Positions 1 through 14,219 are shown, counted from the first letter of the stretch. The stretch is 64,000 nucleotides of DNA from Octopus vulgaris (GCA_951406725.2 OX597841.1:13516001-13580000), one strand, 5' to 3'. The notes: a model not told the origin generated them from the letters alone. Translations and numbers: made by a program.

Positions 1-354
1 TTCTCCATTCCTGTTTTATCTCTTCCTTTTTGTTTGTTTACTTATTTTCGGTTGTTTTTATTTATTATTAGTATTACTGCTGCCAGTCATTCCCTCCTCT
101 CCCACCTTCCGTCTTGCCATTGTAAATGCTGTACTAAGCACATGGTTATAATTATTGCTTTTGACATCACTGGTTGTTGAGTTTTGTTTTTCATCATCAC
201 CATTGTCATTATCAACATTTTTGTGTGGAATTTTGTAATTAGTTTTGTTTGGAATTATTATTATTGTCTTCTTTCAGTTTTGTTTCCATTCCTTGCCAAG
301 TGTCTTCCCAACACCTAGGGCAAAAAAAAACTCACTGTATACATGATTATTATT

Positions 355-800
355 GAGTGAGAGAGCAGCATATGCCATCAAAGTGACACTGGGGTACAAT
401 TATTCGAAGCCCAATATACCCATCATGACAACCCATCTGATATGGGCACACCAGGCACATGCATTACAACCACATGTGCACGACATGGTGATCGCATACT
501 AACAGCGCATGCCCTTGCAGATGGGGCCCAGTTTGAATTTTCTTCAGATCGAGTAACCCATCCCGCTCAAAGGGTCCCTGAATAAGGGTTGTTTAAGGAT
601 GTTGAACAAAACACCCATGTTTCCAAAGGTGAATTATCCAAACCCCCAAAGAACTCTTCTCAAAACATGGCTATGATGCTCCCCCACTACATCTGCTCGT
701 GATCAGAGATGCACATATCATCAACCACTAAGGGACATACTCAAGTGGTTAAGGTCAAGCAACTGACAAGCAAATCTGTGGTATTGAGCAGAATATTTAC
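355..800. repeat. Interspersed repeat, unclassified (octopus-type non-autonomous element)
   Basis: Complex GC-richer block with sharp edges in AT-rich intron; resembles a common octopus repeat from memory; only one copy in the window. Confidence 0.4.
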
Positions 801-1592
801 TGTAGAGTGACAGTCAAGCACATGGGGTCAATATAATCGACTGACCCCTTTCCCCTAAAATTTCTGGCCTTGTGCTATATTTACAAGAGATTGTGTTGGT
901 GATGATGGTGATTACAATGTTCATGATGATAATGATGATGGTATATAGATAGGTAGGTAGCTAAGTAGATAGGTAGATATTTAGATATAGCCATGTATAT
1001 ATGTATATATATATATACATACATACATAAATACACACTAATATTCTGATCCTAAATGGTGATGTGTACCAACACTCCCATGAGGCATGCTTCAACAATT
1101 GTGTAGATCTCTTTACGTGAAACCATTGGTTGCCTTGTTTGCCCGTAATCAATGTATATATATATTTTCCTTGTTTGGAGTTCCTAATTTATATTTGTTT
1201 TGTTTTTATTAGTTTAGTTTCAGTTTTGTTTGTTTCTTTCTTTTTTTAATAAACCACCTCCCTCCTCCCCTCTCGCTCCCTCCTTGTTCCTCCCTCCCTC
1301 CCTCTTTCTTTCTCCCTCCCACCCCTACCAGAACTTCCGTTTGTCACTCTCTGCATTGTTCACTTACTCCTCCTACATGTGTGTCTCCTCCTACCGCCAC
1401 CATCACTGCCCACCACCTTCACCCTCACCTCCATGTCGTCCACCACCTACACCTCTGTCTTTCTCCGACTCGTGCTATTTATATATACACCTCTTTCTTT
1501 CTTTCTTGTATGCTTGAGTATATAATGTTGTATACAAGTATATATACATATATTTGAGTATATATGTATATATGTGTGTGTGTGTGTGTGAT

Positions 1593-1640
<48 letters not shown>

Positions 1641-2467
1641 TATATATAAATGTATGTATTGTGTGTGTGGGTGTATATATATATATATATATATATATAT
1701 GAGTATATATATATAGTATAAATGTGTATATATGCCTTGAAAAACAATATGGAAATGTTTTTCTTAATATTAATTATATTTAATAATGCTTGTTGGATTT
1801 AAAATGAAACAAAAAAATGGAGAAAAAACCAACTAAAAGTAATTAATAAATAACAATAATAACGATAATAATGTTTGTCATCCTGATGTCTTGCAGTCTG
1901 TCTTTGAACTCCTTCTCTCTCTCTTCCTCTCTCTCTCTCTCTATTGTGAAGAAAAAGATGAAAGTTTTAAGGAAGATGCATTGCCCCCACATTTTCCTCA
2001 ATTCACCTCTTCTGGCCCCCTTTTTTTGTCCCCTTTTTGTATGCACTCTTGCATCATGAGATTTTCTGTCAGTATTGTAAAAAAGGGGAAGTCATAATGG
2101 AACGGAAGCTGTGCTCCAGTATGACCACTACCCTCCACCAAAAATATGAATATTTTACATATATATATATATACATAAAATACATCCATGCATGAGCATG
2201 TGTGTATGTGTAATATATAATAGACGTGTATACATATATATATATTATATAAGATATATGTAATATATTGTGTGTATGTATATTTACATAAAACATATGT
2301 AATATATATATAACATGTATATATAACGTGTATGTATATATATGTATGTATGTAAAGGGTATATGTAATGAATATAATAAATATGTAATAATAATAATTT
2401 GAGGGAATACTATTCCTAACTTACAGGGAAAAATTCAATTTAGAAATACTAAATCAAATTTCACAAA

Positions 2468-2515
<48 letters not shown>

Positions 2516-2584
2516 GGAGTAAACACATAAATGTGAAACAAGGTGGAAAAAAGAGTACTCAAATACCAGTGGTAGAGTAATATT

Positions 2585-2768
2585 CTTTATTTAAAGCAGC
2601 AGAAAATTCAACAAAACCTGTTACTCTGAGTTACCCGTTGCCATTCATCGGACAGTTTTTGCTAGATTGGAACCGATCGGTTCCATTCTAGCAAAAACTG
2701 TCCGATGAACGGCAACGTGAAACTCAGAGTAACAGATTTTGTTGAATTTTCTGCTGCTTTAAATAAAG
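2585..2768. mobile_element. Penelope-like inverted pseudo-LTR palindrome with hammerhead motif
   Basis: ~92-bp arms centred on ggaaccga|tcggttcc; right arm has ctgt-CCGATGA-acggcaacgt-GAAAC-tcaga-GTA-acag; embedded in (TA)n. Confidence 0.7.
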
Positions 2769-2774
2769 TATATA

Positions 2775-2824
<50 letters not shown>

Positions 2825-3220
2825 ATGAATATACATATGGCATAGAAAACGCATAGTATGTGTGTGTGTGACCGATAATATTTGTTAGTAGACCTGCTTT
2901 TTATTTGTAATTCAGTTTCTTTTCACAATTGCTACACCTCAGCACATCTCAGCAAATGGTTTTTAATCTGTTCGCATATAAGTCATAGACCAGGTAGAAT
3001 CCATTTTTGAGATGATCCGAGTACATGGTATTGATAAGCCTCAATATTGGCAAAATATCGGTATCCAGGGTTCTCGGTGATTCTGTGATGAGGTATCTCA
3101 CCTGGTCTGTCACTCCCATGTGTTCTTTAGCACCCAGTTTTGTGCTGGGAGCTTTTCTAGGTGCCATTCCACAGCAAATTCAGTATATAAGCAAAACACA
3201 TAACACTTTATATGTGCAAT

Positions 3221-3253
<33 letters not shown>

Positions 3254-3626
3254 CTTGTTTGTATTTATAATGTTTTCAACAGCAAAGAGAAAAAGTACTC
3301 AATTCATACTTTAGAGTATAGTTATAGTTATTCAAGGCACTAAGTTGATACAGTTTGTTTTGCTAATCAGGATTTAGCTAATGTTTGTTTATTTATTTAT
3401 TTTTTTGTCACCAGGCAACAAATTTCATTCTCGATCAAATTATTGGTGGTTTTAATCTGGAATAAATTATGTTGTTGGATGAGACGTGAATGAGAAAAAC
3501 TGAGTAGCAGTTTCAAGCATATCAACTGAATTTGCATGTATGTGTGTGTATATAGACATGTATGCATAGATAGAGATGCGTGTGTGTGTATGTAGATATA
3601 TGTATGTTTGTATGTATGTATGTATG

Positions 3627-3679
<53 letters not shown>

Positions 3680-3769
3680 GTATTTACATACATACACACA
3701 CATATATGGATCAAAACAGTTTCAAAGCATGCACGCAGTGGTGTTTTGTGTCAGTCATTGGAAATTTGA

Positions 3770-3804
<35 letters not shown>

Positions 3805-4354
3805 TATAGTATCTAGGGAGGGTCATTTTGCTAACGATGATCATCAAGAAATCTTGCAAACAAATGCATACCTGTGGCGTTTGTAGAATATGTTTTGTGT
3901 GTCTGCATTTGCACTCTCTATTACCTGTCTGATGTCAGCATGGGTTATCCAGATCTGCAAAGTTAAAAAAATTTGCATGATGTTAGCATGGAATCTTTGC
4001 ATTTCAGCAAAACAGTAGAGTACTGATCTCTGTTTAATCAATGATTGATTGATTGATTTTTATTCATTTCCACATAGGGTGGAATTCAGTCACAGACAGA
4101 ATGTTCTTTTATTTATTTGTTCATTTATTTATTTATCGCAGCTCTCTGTGTCCCCCATGCTTTTTTTTAATTCAATTATATACCCTAGGGTTCTCTCCGT
4201 TCTTCACCAATCTTCTACCTTCTGTGTTTTAATGAATTACTTATTGCGACTTTTAACCCAATCCCGTTCTTACGTTGATTACAATACTCTCAAGTCTTTA
4301 CCACAGCATTTTTCAACCATGCTTTAACCTCATGCATCATCATTGTCACCCCAC

Positions 4355-4780
4355 CATCATCATCATCCTTTAACGTCCATTTTTCCATGCCGGCATGGGT
4401 TGGATGGTTTGACTTGGAGCTGGCCAGACACCAATTCTCTGTTGTGGCAAGCTTTCCTCAGCTGGATGCCCTTCCTAACGCCAGCCACTTTACACGCTAT
4501 GCTGGGTGTTCTTTGTATGTGCCATCATCACAGATGCATTTGTGCAACGTTGGCACAGGTGGCACCGGCACCTGCAAAGGACAAACAAGCCTGTACTCGG
4601 CTTGACAAATCAAATACAGCAAATCGCTACGACTTATGGTCCCTTCTCATTTCCTCAGTGAGGCTCAACATCCAAAGATCCTTTCACACCACTTCGTCCC
4701 ACTTCTTCCTGGGTCTACCCCTTCCACAGGTTCCCATCACAATCAGAGCTCAGCACTTCTGTATGCAACTATCCTCATAC
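4355..4780 (-). mobile_element. 5'-truncated RTE-clade LINE 3' end (ORF tail + 3'UTR + (GAT)n tail)
   Basis: Minus strand reads ...MGTCGRGRPRKKWDEVV*KDL..LSLTEEM (RTE C-terminal GRPR.W motif), then UTR with gcgttaggaagggcatccagc and (gat)n. Confidence 0.75.
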
Positions 4781-6576
4781 CAACCACTTTACAAACTGTA
4801 ACTGGGTACTTATGTGGTACCAGAAGCAGTGAGGACTCTCAGTGACTTGTAGGGCAAGACCCCTCAATTGAGGCCAGGCATAAGGGGCTGTGGTTTGATA
4901 GACTGGAAAAGTATTTCTTCACTTGGAAAGTGTACACTTATGTCAGATATCCATCCATGTTAGAAAGGTTGTGTATAGGAGTCACAGTGTGTACTGGGTG
5001 CTTTTTATGTGGCACCAGCATCAGTGTGGTCACCAAATAACACACAGAATAAGCTGCCTTGACGTTGTGTGTACGAGAGAGAGGCATGTAGCTATATGCT
5101 AGGTGATGAGAGATTTAATTATAATAAAAGGATGGCAACAGGTGTCTTGCTGTGGAGGAGATAGGTTGTTATCCCAGTTGGAGAGGGAGAGGGGGGGGAC
5201 TGAGAGAAAGAGAGCGAAAGTGATGGTGGTGGTGATATGCCAGGGCATACCTTCAAGGTACAATGAGTTGAATGTAAATGGAGTCATCTTTTCTTCTGTG
5301 CAGTTTTGCACCTTTTAATGTCTACAGTGGTCCCCTATTTCCCATCATGCACTGTGTGTACTTTGTGTAGCTCCAGTATGATGTATTGTGGTTTATGCAC
5401 TCTATGTATATGCACTGCCAAGCACTTTGATGTCTAGTGATGCACTGTGTGCAATGTTGTCATTCCAGTGTGCTATGCAGCAATTTCTGCACTCTATCTG
5501 TATGTGCACTTCCATGTGCTGCCTTGTTTGTAATATGGTCCTTTTCAGTAATGCACTGTGTGCATTGTATTGTTCCTGTGTGATGTACAGCAATTTATGC
5601 ACTACAGTTTATTTTTGCGTGTAGTGCCTTGCACCTTAATTTGATATCTATTTTCAGTGCAGTGTTATAGTATCAGGATGGTGCATTTAAATGCGCACAA
5701 TGTTTTTAAACTCTGTTGTGGTTCAGGTTTGATTTTTGCTGTGGTGTGCAACACTTGCAGCAGTGTAGTTTATGGTGATGATGGTGAATTACAGATTTTC
5801 ACTGCTATGCACTTCATCATCTGCAGTGTAGTCTATTGATGCTGTTTTCTATTGGTTTTAGTTTGCTGCAGTGGATGTGCAATTTCATGATAGTGCACTG
5901 TGCAGTGGTATTTATTTTCAGTATGATGCACCTTGTGCACTCTTGAATAACTTCAAGATTGTGCAGTATTTTACATTCTTGATATGGTGCTCTCTCTGTT
6001 GCAGCACCTTATATTTCATAAAATTGTGTATTGTATTTTGTGCAGTGTTGTGAATATTTAGGGACAGTTTGCATGTCTTAATGCAACAAATTTTGAATAT
6101 TTGTACTTTTGTCTACAATTGCTGTATTGTGAATTTCACTATATAATGCTGTACTTAACATGTTGGTCTGTATTGGTCATTTCACACAGTGTTGCATATT
6201 ACTGCAAAACTTAGAGCAGTGCACTCATATATACATACATTGGTGCCCGTGTGCATGCTCTGCTGTCTGCACATATGCAAGCATACATATTTTCCATATT
6301 TCTCTTTGCTCGTAAGTACATGGATTGCAGTGCTCTATGAACATATATATATTTATCATCAAAGAATGCATGTATAAAAGCACACACCAAATATTTACGC
6401 ATATCGTGTGCTATGTGCACATATATACATATTTAACACTGGTGATAGTATGTGTTGTGTGTTTTAGTATATATATTAAATACTTTGAAGGTGTCTGTAT
6501 ACATGTGTGTTTGTATATACCTACATATTTAGAATAAATGACAGAAAGACATAAGTTTCACATAATTTGAAATTTG

Positions 6577-6677
6577 TACTCTACAGCTGTTTCAATAGAA
6601 TATAAACATTACATGCATAATTACAGTATCATCATGCATAATTTGAGTGTGATGTGTTACCCATATCTTCAGGAGTA
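6577..6677 (-). ncRNA. Type I hammerhead-ribozyme-like motif (Penelope-associated)
   Basis: Minus strand: tactc-CTGAAGA-[72-nt stem II]-GAAAC-agct-GTA-gagta; perfect 5-bp stem I, palindromic stem III. Confidence 0.6.
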
Positions 6678-6956
6678 AAGAATGCAAAAAAAAATAAAGA
6701 TATCATTTGTGATATAAGCACAAATGAGACAGACCTGGGTTCATTCAGTCCATCGTTAATTTTATGTTCATGAGGCATTGTTTTACAGCCAGATGCCCTT
6801 CCTTCCTGTCACTAACCCTTGTTTTTTAAGTAAGGGAGACTCCTTCCTCTTCCACATGTCTCTGAAGGTGCCAAGACAACAGGAAGTTTGATGACAGGAG
6901 AATTAACAAAATACCACTTGTAGAGCAGCGATTATAAATGTGCATCTACACGTGTA

Positions 6957-7006
<50 letters not shown>

Positions 7007-7024
7007 CATACATACACACACCAT

Positions 7025-7909
7025 CCTCATCATCATCATCCACTTTCCATGTTGGCATGGGTTGGACGGTTTTACTGAAAACTGGTAAGCCAGGCGGCTG
7101 CACCAAGTTCCAGTCTGATTTAACAAGGCTTCTACAGCTGGATGCCCTTCCTAATGCCAACCACTCTGAGAGAGTAGTGGATGTTTTTTACATACCACCA
7201 GCATGGCTGCCATTGACCTGAAACTGGCATTGGTCACGACTACAGTCTCACTTGGCTTGACAGGTCAACACAAGCATGGTATATCACCAAGGATCTTGGC
7301 CACCTGTTACTGCCTCCATGAGGTCCAACGCTTTAATGGTGCTTTTTACATGTCACCTGCATGCATGCTAGTCAGACATTATTGCCATCAGCCACGACTA
7401 TGATTTCACTCAGTTCTTGGAAGCACTCCGTTGGTTACGACGACGAGGGTTCTGGTTGATCCGATCAACGGAAAAGCCTGCTCGTGAAATTAACGTGTAA
7501 GTGGCTGAGCACTCCACAGACACATGTACCCTTAACGTAGTTCTCGGGGATATTCAGCGTGACACAGAAAGTGACAAGGCCGGCCCTTTGAAATACAGGT
7601 ACAACAGAAACAGGAAGTAAGAGTGAGAGAAAGTTGTGGTGAAAGAGTACAGCAGGGATCACCACCATCCCCTGCCGGAGCCTCGTGGAGCTTTTAGGTG
7701 TTTTCGCTCAATAAACACTCACAACGCCCGGTCTGGGAATCGAAACCGCGATCCTACGACCGTGAGTCCGCTGCCCTAACCACTGGGCCATTGCGCCTCC
7801 ACTTCACTCAGTTCCACAGGTTTTCACAAGCACAGCATATCGCCCGATTGAAGCGTGCTTTTTAACAGGCCAGTTACACGACACAGGCACCAGCCATGAC
7901 TACAGTCTC

Positions 7910-7910
<1 letters not shown>
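7025..7910 (-). mobile_element. RTE 3'UTR-family repeat interrupted by a tRNA-SINE
   Basis: catcatc...ttccatgttggcatgggttggacgg...ctggatgcccttcctaatgccaacc, shared with copies at 4355, 14990, 18231, 23170, 37625 and 54840. Confidence 0.75.
7417..7802 (-). mobile_element. Full-length tRNA-derived SINE with 12-bp TSD
   Basis: Minus-strand head with A box tggcccagtgg and B box ggtttcgattccc; TSD ttcactcagttc at 7405-7416 and 7803-7814; near-identical second copy at 21545. Confidence 0.88.
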
Positions 7911-7960
<50 letters not shown>

Positions 7961-8831
7961 GTGTGTGTAATAACAAAAATGACTTGGTACAAATTTATAG
8001 GTTTTCTTAATGTATCACTACATATGTTTCTGTATCCCAGCAGCTCATTAGTGAGTACATTTTCACATCCATAAATATTATTAAAGATCATTCATAATAA
8101 CGATGAATCTTGAGTTTGTGATTCTGAGGCATTGCTCCAGCATGACCACAGTCAGATGACTGAAACAAGTAAATGAGTATATATATATTTTCTCTTTTAT
8201 TTGTATCAGTCATTAGATTGCAGCCATGCTGGAGCACTACCTTGAATATATGTAATCAAATGAATCAACCCCAGTACTTTTTTATTCTAAAACCTGGTAC
8301 TTATTCTGTCAGTCCCTTTTGCCAAACTGCTAAGTTACACAGACATAAACACACCAGCTGTATGTTCCACTTTCAGTAGACCTGTAACTATACCATTTTA
8401 CATTCTGTCTTAGTGTATCTAGGAGTACATTATATTGTGTGTCTCTACTGTTGATATCATTTAGCCTTAAGGCAGTCATGACCAAAAAATTCCGTTCCTA
8501 CCATGTCCATCCCAAACTTTATTCAAACATAATGCCTCTGAGACTGCATTATTTAATGACCTTCCATTTTTTAAGATTGTAGGGTTATTTGGTTGTTATT
8601 TCTAGCTGGTTGAGTGATTACACAGTAGCTCCCTCACTGATGTTCGTTTCTTGTGTTTTTAAAAAATTTTTTTGTTATTGTTGCTGTCTTTTATGTTGTT
8701 GTTGCTGTTGTTGTCTGCTTTGCTGTTTGAAAGTTTGTGGAGGGGGGGAGCAAGGGATTAGAGCAGGTTTTATTTTCTGTATTAATCGCCAATGTTAATT
8801 TTTATCTTGTTTTATATATATGTGTGTGTGT

Positions 8832-9040
8832 GTGGCCTAGTGGTTAGGGTGCTGTGCTTACAGCCGCTAGGTCGTGGGTTCGATTCCCAGACCAGGCGGT
8901 GGCATTTTGTTCCTGAGCAAAGCTCTTCATTTCACATTGCACCACCTAGCGAGCAGGGTGGCATCATTTGACAGCTAAAACGATGTGAAGCGCATTGTGA
9001 CAAGCAATGTATAACATCCAATATTCTGGTCAATACCATG
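8832..9040 (+). mobile_element. tRNA-derived SINE (related copies 16720-16950 -, 45495-45760 +, 58200-58320 -)
   Basis: tggcctagtggttaggg...ggttcgattcccagacc...ttgttcctgagcaaag; Pol III A/B boxes. Confidence 0.7.
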
Positions 9041-9559
9041 ATATATATACACACACATATACACGAAAGAAATTTGAAAATTTTGAAGTGTGTGTATGCA
9101 TGTATGTGTGTGTGTGTTCATATATATATGGATGTATATGTTTGTATGTATATATATGTGTGTGTATGTATAATTGTCTGTGTATCTTAAATAAGTTATG
9201 TATGTATATATGTTTGTATATATTTATGTTTATGTATATATATATATGTGTGTATATGTATCTGTTTCAGAAAAAAATGAGACTTGAGGTAATTTGGGCA
9301 CACTTAGTATAACACACGTACATACATACATACATATACACAAGATGATATACATACACAATCCTTTGTCATATATTAAGTATGTGAAGGTGTGTATATG
9401 TATGTGTGTGTGTATATATATAAATATACATCTATATAACACACATACATACACACACATAGTTATATACTTTTACATATGAGTGTAAACAGATCTCACA
9501 TATATACTCACTCAAAAGTATGCTTTGTGTATATGTGCATATATATATACTGGCATGTA

Positions 9560-9621
<62 letters not shown>

Positions 9622-9849
9622 CATGCACATACTTCTGTGCATACACACAAAAGCACAAATATGCATACATATTGACAAATGCATGTTTTATGTCTGAATA
9701 TGCACAATTTTGCACAAGGCTGGCATATGCATGCACCCGAGGGTTTTTTTTTTTTTTGCTCTACTAACCCCTTTTTTTTCACATGTTCATGTATGTGTAT
9801 AAATGTATACACACACTCACAGATGCAACTACAACAACCCGAAACCAAC

Positions 9850-10045
9850 TTAACTGTCCCCTTGATGGAAAGTGTCTACTGTATAGAGCAACAGATGAAA
9901 TTGAATTGGTAATTGGTACATATAGGGTTAACAGAAAAGACATTTAAAACTCGTTATGTCCAACACACACATTCATTTCAATCCTGGAGTAAAATTTAAC
10001 TTTACATCATTGTCAAAATATCTATGGAATCTGCAAGAGTAAACA
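9850..10045 (+). pseudogene. Decayed Penelope-like (Neptune-type) GIY-YIG endonuclease fragment
   Basis: NCPLDGKCLLYRAT, then frameshifted YIGLTEKTFKTRYVQHTHSF, then TSLSKYLWNLQE, matching the CPLxGxCL..Y..YIG.T..FK.R..H..SF..T.LS.Y.W.L pattern. Confidence 0.75.
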
Positions 10046-10573
10046 ATTGTTAGTGGTGGTGGGGGGTGGATAGAGCTATTTTAATTGGTTCCTTCATTGC
10101 TCTCACATTTATTCATTAGAGAACTGTCTTACCATATTCTTAGTTTCACATACCTATACACACACACATTTTACATATATACCCGCACAACTTTTGCGAT
10201 GTAAAAATGTGCTTTCATTAATATGCATGTACCATGCAACTGCATTCTGTAATGCATGTATATATATTATATGTGTTTCTTGTATGAAATTGTATCTTGC
10301 TGTAAGTGTATCTGTGTGTGCAAGAGATGACCCTAATCAAGGTATAGAGTGCTCAATATCGGTTTAAGCAGTTTATTTTTATTCAAATATATGCCCCATC
10401 AATGGAACAGCTGCTTCAAATTGCTCAATTCTTTATTGGGGCTCTTATAGTATAAGGCCCCTGATGATGTAGAATTAAGGCACTTATTGGAGTGTTGCAC
10501 CCTGGTATGTTTGGCTGTAACCTAGAATTCTCTCAGACAACTACTCTTTGATTTCAATACAGGGTCTATGTCC

Positions 10574-10606
<33 letters not shown>

Positions 10607-10738
10607 TACATTCATTCATTCATGTTATTTGTATTAACATTGCTAGCATTAACGGTAATGTTAATCCACAAAGAAAAGAATATTTATCTAACAAATATGG
10701 TGTTGAATACTTGTTCACACTGTTTTCCACAATCACAT

Positions 10739-10785
<47 letters not shown>

Positions 10786-11559
10786 CATACATACATACAC
10801 TATGTGTATATGTATATATATATATATTTATATAAATATCCATGTAAACTTATAAATAAGTCTACATGGATATGCGTTTATATAAAAGGATTACCAACAT
10901 TCACAAGTAGATAGCTTGAAAATTGTGGTTACCTTTTGTACATGAAACCATTGGTTGCCTTATTAAACCACAATAAAGGATATTCATTCACCTAATGTGG
11001 TGTTGAGCACTCATTCCCACTGTTCACCGCTATCACATACATATATGCATACATACATGTGTAAGCTATACATAAAAAGAAAAACAATTTAACATTAAAG
11101 TATTACTCAATACTTGTACTAGAGTACATCTCTTTTTAAATTTTTTTAAGGGGAAAATTGACAGTGAACTCAAAGTTTTTGCTGGCTTGTCCTCATAAGA
11201 CAATCTGACGATGGCAACTAAGCTGAAGCTCTGAAGTCCCTATCAACCTTTCCCTTTTAAAAATTCATGTCTTCATGGAGGTAGATGCATGTATTTGTGT
11301 ATGTTCCTACATTTAAGTGTGTGTACCAGTAGTGCATGTCTTACATTGTTTTTGTTCAACTTTTTTTTTATATTTTGTTTAGTTTACAGGTATATACATA
11401 TATACACGCATTATAAGCAATATATATTGGAGGTAAAACGGATTAACAAATCCAAACAGATATCTAGGAAGCTCTCAGTATTAATAGAATTTGGTTAACT
11501 ATATCAAGAGGTAAATTCAAATAGAATTAACATCCAAAGTAATTCCTTGTGTATAAGTA

Positions 11560-11878
11560 GATCCAGTTATCACTTGGAAGAATTTCAAGAAATTCCAAGT
11601 GTAGAACAAGAATGGGGAAAATCACATTTTTTATTGGTTGTTGCTATGGTGCCAGCACTTTTAGATATAGAAAACCTTAGAAATACCCTACAATCTAGAT
11701 GTATTGCAAAAGTCAGCATTACTTGGAACTTACACGCATATTGTGCAAAGTACTCTGTATCTGAGGTCCTTGTTGTGACTTGACAGAATACAAGCCCCAC
11801 CGGTAGACACAATATCTTCAACCAACAACCTCACAATATTGTATACTGTGCAACGTTGATAATAATAATAATAATAAT
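11560..11878 (+). mobile_element. 3' end of RLE-type non-LTR retrotransposon (R4/Dong-like) with (TAA)n tail
   Basis: VLQKSALLGT-RILCKVL C-terminal motif; second copy inverted at 53094-53283. Confidence 0.7.
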
Positions 11879-12029
11879 GTCTTTTAGTGTGGTGTAAGAG
11901 CAGACATTGTGGTGGAGAAAGGTAACACAAAATTTAGGGGTTTATACAGAAATTAAATGAAAGCAGTTTACTCCCCCTCTCTCTCTCTTTCGGAGAGGCA
12001 CTGAACAGCTATACGCACACATACACACA

Positions 12030-12183
12030 CGGCAGTAACATCCACCTACCGAATTCAATCACAAAGCTTCGGTCAGCTCGGGGCTATAGTAGAAGACACC
12101 TACCCAAAGTGCCACGCAGTGGGACTGAACCCGAAACCATGTAGCTAGGAAGCAAGCTCCCTAACCACACAGCCATGCCCGCA
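12030..12183 (-). mobile_element. CORE-type tRNA SINE, partial
   Basis: Reverse complement of the 19731 family head. Confidence 0.75.
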
Positions 12184-13099
12184 TATTATAGAGATATACC
12201 CCTTGGTAGTAGACTGAGGTATCAGGGGTTAGAACCACCACCTAAGGCTATTCAAGGAACCCCTACACATGTAGTTGTAGTAGTAGTAGTAGTAACTGAT
12301 GGTGACGGTAGTAGTAGTGGTGGTGGTGGTGGTGGTAGTTGCATCATAAGTATTGATGAGTGTGCTGGCCGTAGTGTACTAGTAGATGTAGTAGTATCAG
12401 CAGCAAGTTTTAATGATAGAATTATTATTACTAGTAGTAGTAGTAGTAGTATTAGTAGTAGTGATAGCAGCAGTAAGTAGTATATACTATTTGTAGTCAT
12501 ACTGGCTGTAGTACATTACTACTACTACCACTTTTAGCAGGAATAAATAATAGCAGTAGTAGTAGTGGTAGAAATAAACTAACACCAATTTCATTTTTGT
12601 TAATTATATTTGTTCATTGTTTTGTTGTTGTTTTTTGTTTTAATTTCAATTATGTTATTTTTTTTTTTTAGTATGTATGTATTTGTTTCTGTTAATTTTT
12701 GTGGAAATTATATTTCAATTAGAAAGAAATGGTACTTAATTTTAGTATTACGCAATTAATATTGCTTCAATTCAAATTATTAACGAATCTCGTTTAATTT
12801 GTCACCGTTTAGAAGAGTGGTGGTGGTGGTGGTGTTTCATTGTTGACACTATGACCAGTTGGTCTGTTTTTTGGGGTTTTATTTTTTTTGAAGACTTGCA
12901 GAATTTAAGGAATTCCTTACTTAAACAACTGGTAAGGGTTAGAGACGGGAAGAGCATCCTACTATAGAATCCCACCTTTAAATAAGTCCTTGTTTAAACC
13001 TTTTGTAATATGGGACAAACAGACATTTAATAAATGAACGAATGTGTTGTATGTGTATATACACACACACACACACTCATGTATATAGGGTGCAGCAAT

Positions 13100-13510
13100 G
13101 AACCTCCCAAATTTAGCTTTCTTGATAAATGTTTCAACATGAAATGCACAATGTGTGCTGGTCAAATCCATGATGGTGATTGAAAAGTGGCCGACCATCA
13201 GAGGAGGTATCGCCCCCAGCTGGATCCTCAGAGAGGAGGACACAATACACTGGGTCCAACTTGGAAAATGAAGCAACATGGCCAACCAGTCTCAGCTGAT
13301 GCTCCCAAATCATTGAAGTAACTGGATGCATCCCAGTTTTTTGACTGCCGTTGTTGGTTGGATATGGAATTTGACCATTGGTAGTTCATAATCCTGTGAA
13401 GCTGCAAGAAGTTTAAGCAACTCCTAAATGCCATGAACATTGTCAAGGTTTTGTAACTGTAGGGCAAGAATTATGTGCCCACTCAAATATCAGTCCATAA
13501 CCAGGGGAGA
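13100..13510 (-). pseudogene. Decayed RTE LINE reverse-transcriptase C-terminal fragment
   Basis: IWEHQLRLVGHVAS...DP..CVL...GRP and LHRIMNYQWSNSISN resemble the RTE LRRI...W...ISN and RLRW.GHV.R motifs. Confidence 0.7.
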
Positions 13511-14109
13511 TAACAATGATTTAGTCGTGTGTGTTATGTAACGTACATGACATAATAGCTACAGCAGAAATTTAATCATAACCAAATGTAGAAATATAAT
13601 ATGTGTGTATGTCTGTATGTAGTGACAACTTGTCCCTAGAGAAAATAAGTACAGATGACCCTTTCTTCCACCACTCCAAGCTCAGTGGACTTAACTAAAT
13701 TTTCTTTTAGGTCAAAGCACTGGCTTCAAACCTTGTTTATTGCAGCAGCTTAGAATTGAACCCCAATAGGATATCTGAATTAAATTTTCTTTTCTTAGTT
13801 TTTATATTTTTTCTCCCATTTGTAGTTTTTCAGGTTGTTTGTTTTTTTCATTTTTTGTTTAAAAATCGTTTGCTTTATATTAAATTGTGTTGTTGTTTTG
13901 TAATGGCTACTTTAATTCACCCATTTCTTTTTCATTTTTTTAAACTCATATTTTATATTGAATGTAATAACTCGTGTGTGTTTGTGTGTGTGTGTACATA
14001 TACACACACACACACTCACATATGTATGTGTATTTGTACTGTTGTGTGTTAAAATGAATGTGGCCCTCTGTTTCTTGCACATACACATATATCTTACATT
14101 GATACACAG

Positions 14110-14144
<35 letters not shown>

Positions 14145-14219
14145 TACGTATATATATATATATATATGTATGTATATATATATATATTTATATATATATA
14201 AAACATACATACATTTAAC

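Noticed and set aside
5340-6200. TGCA-rich stretch with several short Cys-rich ORFs
   Set aside because: Degenerate low-complexity DNA with frequent stops, no splice structure and no stable repeat unit
7725-7802. tRNA-like A/B boxes (also 8832, 19731, 49919)
   Set aside because: SINE heads continuing into repeat bodies; not standalone tRNA genes
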